DNA of 64,000 bases from an uncultured candidate division Zixibacteria bacterium (GTDB lineage Bacteria; Zixibacteria; MSB-5A5; GN15; PGXB01): NCBI GenBank assembly GCA_963702205.1, contig OY969724.1, forward strand, positions 3,904,001 through 3,968,000, read 5' to 3'. Positions 43,001 through 51,300 of this stretch are shown here, in pieces. The notes below the pieces were generated by a model. The model searched no databases. It had not been told where the DNA came from and saw nothing but the letters and a program-made list of their open reading frames with translations. Positions within the stretch are counted from its first letter, which is position 1. Every line of letters starts with the position of its first letter. The position numbers and the translations under genes are program-made.

Positions 43001-46000
43001 CCCGAGGGCATTGATACCCTTCACTTACAAACCGAAGGGTATGGAATGTGGAGTACGATTGACGTATATCTTGAAGATTTAAATAACCCAACCGGGCATT
43101 GGTTTTTCAACAATCCTCCGCGAGGTTATCATATTGAAGGCAAGATAGCCAATCCTCCGGCGGGTAGATATTTTATAAAATACATGGATTCGGCAGTTTT
43201 GCAGGGAACCGGATATAACCAAAAAAGACAATATATGCTTTTGGTTGATACATCGTCTTCCCCGCCACCGCCTCAAATAGAACCCGAGATTACCGGGCTT
43301 TCCACATATGAAGGCGGTCAAGGACCGGTGACAGTAATTGTCTCCGGCCGAGGGCTTGATTCATTAGCCACAGTGTATCTTGCCAGAGAAGGTTATGATG
43401 ATGTGATTGCCGAATATGTCTATGGTGATTCAAACATGGTTGAATTAATAGCAACATTTGATTTTTCAGAGACGGAAACTGGAGACTGGGAGTTTATAGT
43501 TGAGAATCCGGGTGGGCAAAGCGATACATCATCTGATTTGTTTACCGTTGATCAAAGCATAAGCGAGAATGTACAAATAGAATTGGTTGGTCGTGAAAGC
43601 CAAAGAATAAACAGAAGCCAGACATATTTATTGAAGATAACTAATAATGGTATTATTAACGTTTATGATCGTTTATTGTGGCTTACTATGTCAGAAAATG
43701 CGACTTTTGAATTTCTTGATGTCTCGACACCGTACAATAAACCACCCCATTCTGCTACCACTTTTAATGGCGTTAAAGTATTAGGCGTAGTTTTGCCTTT
43801 ATTGGAAGCAGGAGCAAAACAAACAATCCCGATAAAAGTATATGCTAATGGAGGAGATAATATTGCTTTTTCTGCTGGTATTGTTGATGTGCCCCCACCA
43901 TATTATCTATTAATGAAAAAAGGCCCTTTTAATCATTATGACTATTCAACAAATTCAATATTTTCAACCCTACCAAATAGAGTTCAACCTTATTATAATG
44001 ATCCACCACTGCAAAATGGCTTAACCGTGTTCATCGGTCCAAATTATGGATCCGGTGGAGATAATCCATACGGACATAATGCTATTACTGAAGTAGTAAA
44101 CGGAGAATTGAAGGTATGGGATCCATTTCTTAAATCTGCCGGGTATAACCAGCCAATGAATTTCGCAGATTGGAGATACTATTTCGAATCGGACGGCGCA
44201 GAATACAAAGGTTGGGGAAAGCCAGTAGATGCTACGGATGACAAATTGAACGAAGTTGCAGCACTGGCTCGACAGGAAGTCCAAAATAATGAAGTGGAAT
44301 GGAGCCTTTATGGATTCGCAGGCAAATATATGACTTGTTCAAGATGGATTCAACATTTGTATGCGAAAAGGGACCTTCATCCTATTCCGCAACCATTTGC
44401 ATGGCCATGGATAACTCCCGGAACTTTGTATTTGGCGATGACAGGACGAAGCGATTTTTATTCCGTGTTAAATCCGTCTAAGAATTTGAGGTTTCTATCA
44501 GATTTATCATTTATATTAGATTATTATCCTGAATGGTCGGAGACATGGCTTGGCAAAGCCTTGCAATCGTTTATCAGCAAATTGATTCAATCATCTACCC
44601 CCGAAGATAAATACGGGCCCACCGGATTCGATCTTCCTGATACTCCAATTGAATCTAAGAAGAGGCATTTATCAGAATTTAAAAGTCAATTTGATTATCG
44701 CATCGATTTCTGGAACCATGAAGAGGCTACGGCCGATGCTCAAGTCGTTTACATTAAAGACACGCTCGATGAGAATTTTGATATTTATTCATTTGGGTTC
44801 ACGAAATTTGGATTCTTGCGCTGGGATATTGATTTAGGCGGCGGACAATACTTCAATGTTGATGTCGACATGCGACCAGACATGGATTTAATCGTAAATG
44901 TGGAAGGAACGTTCGATCCGGATAATCGGGCTATCGACTGGGTATTTACGTCCATGGTGCCGGGTTCGGATACGTTGCCTGAGTTAATCGGCTTTCTTCC
45001 ACCAATAGATTCAACGGGCTATAATATGGGCTGGGTCGATTTCAAAGTATCTCCTAAGTCAAATCTTATAACCGGCACTCAATTCACCAATCAGGCCTTT
45101 GTTAATTTTGATGGCTACCCCGCCTGTGACACATGCCCTCTCTGGAGTCCAGCCCCCAAAGACGGCCCATATCTAAACACCCTCGATGCCGGACCTCCTC
45201 AAAGCCAAATAACAACCCTGCCTGACACTACCTACGATTTGAGCATTTTGGTTGATTGGTCTGGAGTAGATGATGATGAACAGGAATTAGGTTCAGGGAT
45301 TAAATCATATAACATCTACTATAGCGATAATGGCGGTCCTTATGTGTTATGGCTTAATGATACAACTGCCACATCCGCTGTGTTCACTGGCTGTATTCAT
45401 GATCATACTTATGCATTCTATAGCTTAGCGACCGACAATGTCGGTCATGTTGAGTCTCCCCCCGACTCGTTTGACACAAAGACGACCATCTCATATTTCT
45501 TCGTTTGTGGCGATGTGGCGCAGCCTAATGACGGGTTGGTCAACCTGCTTGATATATTATTCCTGATTAATTACTTATACGGCAATCCTCAAGGGGATGC
45601 TCCCGATCCAATCGAAGCTGCCGACGTTAATTTCGATGGTGAAAATATAACGGTTAATCTCATTGATATTCTATACCTGATTGATTTCATATACGGCGAA
45701 CCACATGGCCCAGAACCCGATTGTGCCGGTCAAAAAAAGCGTTCCGTACCGTCTGCTCCGGTGGATACTGCCTTCATCGCCTGCAATACAAAAAATGGCA
45801 AAAGCACAATCAATATTGATTCGCCGGTCGATATCTTCGGAATTGAATTAAAGCTGAGATCGGCAGATAGCTCCCAAATTACCCTGACCAATCAAAGCAA
45901 TGTTTTTGACCTGTTTTATCGTCAGGAGAAATCAGCGATAAAAGCAGGTATGCTCAATCCCAAAGAGAAACAGCTTCTGCCGAAGGGCAAAAATGTCCTT

Positions 46001-46375
46001 TTGGAAGCCAGCGGGACAGTGGAAGTAACAGATGTGCTCGCGGTCGATGCTTCACTCAATCCGGTCTATTTAGTAACCAACAGTGTGATGATGCCCAAAG
46101 AATTTCAACTCAGCCAGAATTATCCCAATCCATTTAACCCAACCACGACCATTGAATTTGCCCTGCCAATTGATACTGACGTCAGGCTTGAGGTATACAA
46201 TATACTCGGACAGAGGGTCGCCACACTTATAAACGAGCGTTTGGGAGCAGGCTATCACTCAATATTATGGGACGGCCGCAATGCATCCGGTGAAGAAGTC
46301 GCGTCGGGAGTATACTTCTATCGGATTATCACAGACAAATTCATCAAATCGAAAAAGATGGTGGTGTTGAAATAG
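40097..46375 (+). CDS. Giant secreted protein: beta-helix repeats, Ig-like domains, putative permuted papain-like domain, dockerin-like domain and FlgD/T9SS-like tail
   Basis: GGAGGG RBS; WTISGSPYVV; GxWDGI beta-helix motifs; PEDKYGP; GDVAQPNDGLVNLLDI; LSQNYPNPFNP...KKMVVLK. Confidence 0.82.
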   Translation: MCSIIKAAKNIIKLFSLFLITCAFANADTTYVSTLSGSNHWTISGSPYVVTQDIKAVYGGLYIDPGVEVLFYSGAGLKIADDYATDPRPGWLNAVGTPDSVIRFAPLSGISGDWDGITFEKGSGYSTYTSTLEHCIIEKGHLNIYCRNTAQPTLHNCIIRGADHSGIYLSNSNIVEVSNCQIDSNALYGVYFTPGLFPNLMGNTYSDNGMGIAMSGGDFSASGTLKNDNNEPYNVLGDIRLIFRGLALEPGITMLFDTSAGLQVGGDYINDPRPGWLNAVGTPDSVIRFAPLSGISGDWDGITFEKGSGYSTYTSTLEHCIIEKGHLNIYCRNTAQPTLHNCIIRGADHSGIYLSNSNIVEVSNCQIDSNALYGVYFTPGLFPNLMGNTYSDNGMGIAMSGGDFSASGTLKNDNNEPYNVLGDIRLIFRGLALEPGITMLFDTSAGLQVGGDYINDPRPGWLNAVGTPDSVIRFAPLSGISGDWDGITFEKGSGYSTYTSTLEHCIIEKGHLNIYCRNTAQPTLHNCIIRGADHSGIYLSNSNIVEVSNCQIDSNAAYGVYIYGTSQPHIGDSVDFTCFIQNNPNYNLYNNTANSIYVRHNYWGTSDPDTIAAYIYDYFDEDTKGRVYYEPFIFDHNVGIISILEPTGIGSLVSVYVPTVILKNKGANQESGSAVFEIGDVYSEIVGFNLEIGQEDTISFPEWIPSELAAYFVTCSINLPDDLDESDNTFNDKISLSSGSGLEIHTIFPDFGRTGQFVTVSITGNGFESSGMGARLKLPGEPDIIADVSDINFINENTIEIGFDLTDAILDRWDIEISNSLNETYRFYKGLNVIFYEGEVLPLCEWHEFNVHDGSTIDAGGVLISKSEEIFMLLKKGNRSGYSGTWSGTVRLLDYEGNQIAYSTGGADVAFHCKDLSAGLYTLEIEAYDPGEGIIDFCSEIQDSMTIGQWYIGEILRPYGNDWVQFDLPEGIDTLHLQTEGYGMWSTIDVYLEDLNNPTGHWFFNNPPRGYHIEGKIANPPAGRYFIKYMDSAVLQGTGYNQKRQYMLLVDTSSSPPPPQIEPEITGLSTYEGGQGPVTVIVSGRGLDSLATVYLAREGYDDVIAEYVYGDSNMVELIATFDFSETETGDWEFIVENPGGQSDTSSDLFTVDQSISENVQIELVGRESQRINRSQTYLLKITNNGIINVYDRLLWLTMSENATFEFLDVSTPYNKPPHSATTFNGVKVLGVVLPLLEAGAKQTIPIKVYANGGDNIAFSAGIVDVPPPYYLLMKKGPFNHYDYSTNSIFSTLPNRVQPYYNDPPLQNGLTVFIGPNYGSGGDNPYGHNAITEVVNGELKVWDPFLKSAGYNQPMNFADWRYYFESDGAEYKGWGKPVDATDDKLNEVAALARQEVQNNEVEWSLYGFAGKYMTCSRWIQHLYAKRDLHPIPQPFAWPWITPGTLYLAMTGRSDFYSVLNPSKNLRFLSDLSFILDYYPEWSETWLGKALQSFISKLIQSSTPEDKYGPTGFDLPDTPIESKKRHLSEFKSQFDYRIDFWNHEEATADAQVVYIKDTLDENFDIYSFGFTKFGFLRWDIDLGGGQYFNVDVDMRPDMDLIVNVEGTFDPDNRAIDWVFTSMVPGSDTLPELIGFLPPIDSTGYNMGWVDFKVSPKSNLITGTQFTNQAFVNFDGYPACDTCPLWSPAPKDGPYLNTLDAGPPQSQITTLPDTTYDLSILVDWSGVDDDEQELGSGIKSYNIYYSDNGGPYVLWLNDTTATSAVFTGCIHDHTYAFYSLATDNVGHVESPPDSFDTKTTISYFFVCGDVAQPNDGLVNLLDILFLINYLYGNPQGDAPDPIEAADVNFDGENITVNLIDILYLIDFIYGEPHGPEPDCAGQKKRSVPSAPVDTAFIACNTKNGKSTINIDSPVDIFGIELKLRSADSSQITLTNQSNVFDLFYRQEKSAIKAGMLNPKEKQLLPKGKNVLLEASGTVEVTDVLAVDASLNPVYLVTNSVMMPKEFQLSQNYPNPFNPTTTIEFALPIDTDVRLEVYNILGQRVATLINERLGAGYHSILWDGRNASGEEVASGVYFYRIITDKFIKSKKMVVLK
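40351..41754 (+). repeat. Essentially perfect 555-bp (185-aa) tandem repeat, about 2.5 copies
   Basis: Units start at 40351, 40906 and 41461; first difference seen at 41734; identical antisense ORFs 555 bp apart in the track. Confidence 0.93.
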
Positions 46376-46401
46376 ACAATACGAAATAGTACAAGACGAC
46401 G

Positions 46402-46480
46402 CGTAACCGTTTGCAATAGAATGGGTTACGATAAGTAGCTCCCCCAATTGTACGATTTTTGCAACTCATTGCTTTACGAT
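46402..46480 (+). repeat. Composite site 7: palindrome (46402-46430), GCTCCCC core, right arm type A
   Basis: CGTAACCGTTT GCAATAG AATGGGTTACG ATAAGTA GCTCCCCCAATTGTACGATTTTTGCAACTC. Confidence 0.78.
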
Positions 46481-46584
46481 GATATGAAAATGCTACCATT
46501 GATAAACGGATTTATTTCCGCAATTTAAATCGCCCTCATACAGAGCGTTGCATATATCAGGCCTGCCTTCACTTTTTAAACCAC

Positions 46585-46625
46585 TTGCCCCGATTACCCG
46601 AGATCGCTATATTTTTATGGGTTTG
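46585..46625 (+). promoter_or_regulatory. Putative sigma70 promoter
   Basis: TTGCCC-17-TATATT followed by TGGGTTT. Confidence 0.55.
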
Positions 46626-46670
46626 ATAGGACTCGGTTAAATAAAAGCTATATTCTTCACGGAGGGTGCT

Positions 46671-48152
46671 ATGTGCCGAAGAGCTTTCTTCTGTTATGTG
46701 GCAATGATTCTGCTTTTTGCACCAGTTGGTTGGGGGCAAGAGTATCTCGGTAATCAAGAAAACATAGACATTAATGAGTTCCTAACTTCTATTAATCAAG
46801 ATTCCTCAGCAGTTGGCCATTTTGGCGACCATAATAGTATTTTAGATCCTGACGGTTTTGGCAGCCGGCCGAATTTAGTCAGTGGCAAACGGATTTCACT
46901 CTTTAAAGATGATTCGCTCGTTCCAGATTTAAAAGATATTGACTCATGGTCTCCATTGGGCTCAGGAGTGAATGGCTTTGTATTTTCTTTGGCCATATAT
47001 GACAATAAGTTGATTGTAGGTGGAGCATTTACTTCCGCTGGCGGAATCACAGCCAACTATATAGCCGCTTGGGATGGTTCTTCTTGGTCACCTTTGGGCT
47101 TGGGAATGGGTGGTTCTGAAATTCAAGTTATTCACGCCCTATTAGTCTATAATAATAAGCTCTACGCCGGCGGCAAGTTTAGTACGGCAGATGGCATGGC
47201 AGCTAATAATGTCGCTGTTTGGAACGGGTCCTCATGGGAAGCATTGGGGTCCGGGATAAATGGCATTGTTGTTGCGCTGGCGATTTTTAACAACGAATTG
47301 ATTGCAGCAGGTGATTTTACAATTGCCGGAGGAGTTGACGTAAATAATATAGCATCATGGGATGGATCTTCATGGTCAACATTGGGTTCCGGTCCAAACT
47401 ATGAAGTCCACGATTTGATTGTTTATCATAATGAACTAATTGCGGGAGGCTCATTTTGGATGGCCGGAGAAATTCCCGCGAATAGCATTGCGGTATGGAA
47501 TGGTATAACTTGGTCAGCTTTGGGTTCAGGGACAAATGGTCCAGGTTATATCAATGCATTATCAATATATAATGACAGACTTATTGCAGGAGGCGTTTTT
47601 AGCGCAATCGGTGATATCAGCTCAAATGACATTGCCTCATGGAACGGGGATAGTTGGGATACTGTTGGGTGTGGACTAAATGCTGCTGTTGCCAGTCTTG
47701 CGATTTATGACAACAAATTAATCGCTGGAGGTTATTTTGAGTCAGCCGGAACAACCGCAGTAAATTATGTTGCACGTTGGAATGGACTTTTATGGGCTCC
47801 CATTGGATCGGGAATGGATGATGCTCCTGTTACGGCTTTGATTGAATATGATAGCAATTTAATCGCAGGCGGGTGGTTTTATACCGCCGGAGGAGTTGAT
47901 GTAAATTTCATTGCCGCATGGAGAAGCTCAATCCAATATGCATGTGGCGACGCCAATGCCGACGGAAATGTTAATTTAATTGATATCTTATATCTGATTG
48001 ATTACAAGTATGGTAACCCTCCCGGTCCTGCGCCTGATCCACCGGAGTCAGGTGATGTCAACAACGACGGCAATATCAATCTAATTGACATATTATATTT
48101 GATCGACTTCAAGTATGGAACACCTCCGGGTCCCGAGCCGGTTTGTCCATAA
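46671..48152 (+). CDS. Secreted WDG-repeat beta-propeller + dockerin-like protein
   Basis: GGAGGG RBS, signal peptide, same repeats as the 30765 gene, tail similar to the 34666 gene. Confidence 0.85.
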   Translation: MCRRAFFCYVAMILLFAPVGWGQEYLGNQENIDINEFLTSINQDSSAVGHFGDHNSILDPDGFGSRPNLVSGKRISLFKDDSLVPDLKDIDSWSPLGSGVNGFVFSLAIYDNKLIVGGAFTSAGGITANYIAAWDGSSWSPLGLGMGGSEIQVIHALLVYNNKLYAGGKFSTADGMAANNVAVWNGSSWEALGSGINGIVVALAIFNNELIAAGDFTIAGGVDVNNIASWDGSSWSTLGSGPNYEVHDLIVYHNELIAGGSFWMAGEIPANSIAVWNGITWSALGSGTNGPGYINALSIYNDRLIAGGVFSAIGDISSNDIASWNGDSWDTVGCGLNAAVASLAIYDNKLIAGGYFESAGTTAVNYVARWNGLLWAPIGSGMDDAPVTALIEYDSNLIAGGWFYTAGGVDVNFIAAWRSSIQYACGDANADGNVNLIDILYLIDYKYGNPPGPAPDPPESGDVNNDGNINLIDILYLIDFKYGTPPGPEPVCP

Positions 48153-48154
48153 TA

Positions 48155-48260
48155 AACCCCCAATTGTACGAAATGGATGCGCAAAAACAGCGCATCCATT
48201 TGTGCAACAACACGTTACAAGCTTGCTCCCCGAACCGTGCAGAACTCAGAACTTTTAGGC
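48155..48260 (+). repeat. Composite site 8: hairpin, palindrome (48191-48219), GCTCCCC core, right arm type B
   Basis: CGCATCCATTT GTGCAAC AACACGTTACA AGCTT GCTCCCCGAACCGTGCAGAACTCAGAACTTTT. Confidence 0.8.
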
Positions 48261-48316
48261 TGGAATTCGAGTTAAATATTCCGGCGAATAGCGAAATTTT
48301 GAAGCAATTAACTAAC

Positions 48317-51300
48317 CTATTTGTTCATACTCGATCTAAACTCAAGCACTAAACCAATTTCAGTTGTATTATTTTGGGGCTCCATTACATCAATTTCATA
48401 TGATGTAAAAGGAAATGTTTTGCTTGTCGCCCCAACATAGCTGATATCAGATTTTTCAATTTCCCAATGCTGAACATATAGCTCAAGGCCCCAAGAATCA
48501 TTACTATTAATATTTACTATACCCATTGATAATTTCGTCCCAAGGCCTTTTTTTTGTTTATTTTCAGCATTCGAAAGATAATAATCTCCGGCATCAACTT
48601 GACCTAAGGAGCTTTTTACAATGCCTGCCCAAAAGATATCAATTTCCAAACCAATTGTTGCCAACCAATTTGTATTATTGAATTTAATCTCTAATGCTCC
48701 CCCCAATGGGCTAAAAAAGTAGCTTATTTCTCTATCATACCCATACTCACTAATACTCATTTTATCAACCCAATTGCGGAAACCTACTCCCCCATAAGGC
48801 ACAAACATTGTGCGACCGGATAAAATAACCGGAATTCCAGCGGTAAGGCGTAGTTCAAAAATCTCATCCTTAACACCTTCTATTTGTAATGGTACGACAT
48901 TTCCATTTTCGTCAAACATGCCGCCATCATAATCGATTGATCCAGCAGGAGCATAAAATAAATCCATAGACAACGCTATATCCTGATTTATATACCCAAT
49001 CTCAGAACCAAAACCATATAGATTACCCGACTCACTCATAAGACCAGGTTCTTCATATTCATGAGACATACTAAATAGCTTCCCTATAAAAAATAACTTC
49101 CCCTTTTTATTAAGATTTGGATGTTCCTCTGCTTTGCTTTCTTTGGTTATCGGCCTATTCATTTCCTCTATCTTACTACTGCGATTTTCCTGTTTTTGTG
49201 AAGAGTCATTCTGGTCATCAAAACTAGTTGGTTGAGCAACTTGAGATCTTTGTAGATTTGAGTGCGATACTAAAATCAATCTTCGATTAGGATTTTCAGC
49301 TTTATTTTCAAATTGTATTCCTAGCCAAAGTGAATCCGTATTTATGCAAGATTCAGTAAATTGATTAATTAGACCTAACCATATGCCAATTTTGCCATAT
49401 TTCACGCCGGCATATTGGCTTTCCAACCAACATGGATCTATTGATGACATCTTGTCATATAATCTAAATGTAAATTTATAACTTCCATTATCAATAATAG
49501 ATTCATTGCCATCATAGACTGTTGCTTGGTAATATAGAACATCGGGAAAATCTGAAATATCCCATTGATCATCTAAAATAATGTTATCGGTTACACGAGC
49601 TTTGGGTTTTTCTGCACCAGATTTGATAAATGGCAGATGGAGCGGGACTGAAGTGATCAATCCTCCATTATGATCGATTATATCTATGTTAATAGGAAAT
49701 TCCGTCGCTCTATTATTGGTAAACGCAACAAATTTCAAATCCTTTATTTTGCCGGCCCCAATGACATCAAAATTATACTGAACATGGGAGTCCTGCGCAA
49801 TAAAAACATTTGGTCCAGTTCTTACATTAACCGTAATATCATACGCATCTGCAGGGCTCATATTTTGTATATATACAGTAATTTCAACAAGTTCCGCTTT
49901 TTCGATTATACTATTATTGTCAGCATCAGCAAATTGATAGTCCAATATTTCCAACTTAGGTTTCTGAATGCCGCCAATTACTAATCCGTATTCCAGTGGT
50001 GGAATTAGATCGAAGCCATTTTTCTCAAAAACTTCTATCACGACATTACATGTGTCTTCTGTACTATTCGCACCTAAAATTAATGGCAAAGCTACGGTTG
50101 TCGTAGCATTCGGCAATAATTGACCAATTACTGAAGGTTTACCGAAAGTGACTTTATCGCAATTATCATTGTCGTTTATTCCAAGAACAAGATCATAAGC
50201 TATTCCCTTGCCTTCATTGGATATATCAATTGCAAGGGCACCCGTTTCATAGGCATCCAATTTTCCATTATTATTCGGATCTTGCAATCTACAAACTGCC
50301 TTTAAATGTGGAGGGTAGCCAGGATTATCATTTTCCTTTTCTTGCTCATTTTTCTTGGACTTTTTTAAAACCGCACTATCAGCATTGTTTAGATTGGTAC
50401 TGGCTAAACCAACACCTTCTTTGGCGCTTATTGGAGGTTTGTTTTTCGCAAGATCGTCTTTATTAAGTGCATTGTCCATATTGAGTTTTTCTCTGGAAGC
50501 AACTTCGTTCGGCCCTAAATCAATGTTATCCATATTCAAAATTAGCATTTGCTTTCTATTACCGCCAATTGCAACTTCATTCTTTTGGGGATTAAACTGG
50601 ATACAATTAATTTCTTGAAAGTCTGTAATGACTGAATCGATAATTTTGTTATCGGTTAAGTTCCAGATACAGACTTTCTCACCGGTGCCAGCGCCAATTA
50701 AAATATCTCTCCTTACGGCAAGGCAATAAATTGCACCAATGTGGTTTTCAAATATCTTAATAATTTCATTTTTGGCGATATCCCAAATAATTACATTCCC
50801 AGCATCACTCCCCGCAATTAGATATCTATTGTCATCTGCAAATGTAATAGCTGTTATTGTGTAATCGTTTTTAACAAAAGTAGCAATATTATCATAATTA
50901 TCTGTATTATAAATATAGATCGCATCATTATCACATAAGGCAAGCCTATCGCCGTTTCTACTATAAGCCATGGCATGTATTTGCCCTCGAGTTGTTTTAA
51001 GTGTATACAGTTTATTTTTGGTTATGACATCATATATTCTAACTCTGAGACCTTCTCCACCAACCGCAAAACCCGCTCCGTCAGGATTTAAAGCCATTGA
51101 AAAAATACGATCCTCTCTGGTGGAAGTAATTTTGTTTCCGGAATTAATATCCCAGAACTTAAGATATCCATCTGGACCGCCTGAAATTATACATTTACCT
51201 TTATTAGCAAAAAGAATACAACCTGGGGACAAACTTGCACTGAATTTGCAAATTATCCTTTTGGATTTCGTATCCATAATGCAATGAGTTCCATCTTCAG

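Noticed and set aside
11188..48260. Classical integron or CRISPR array
   Set aside because: No intI or cas genes; units are kilobases long with their own promoters; outer boxes do not fit RYYYAAC/GTTRRRY.
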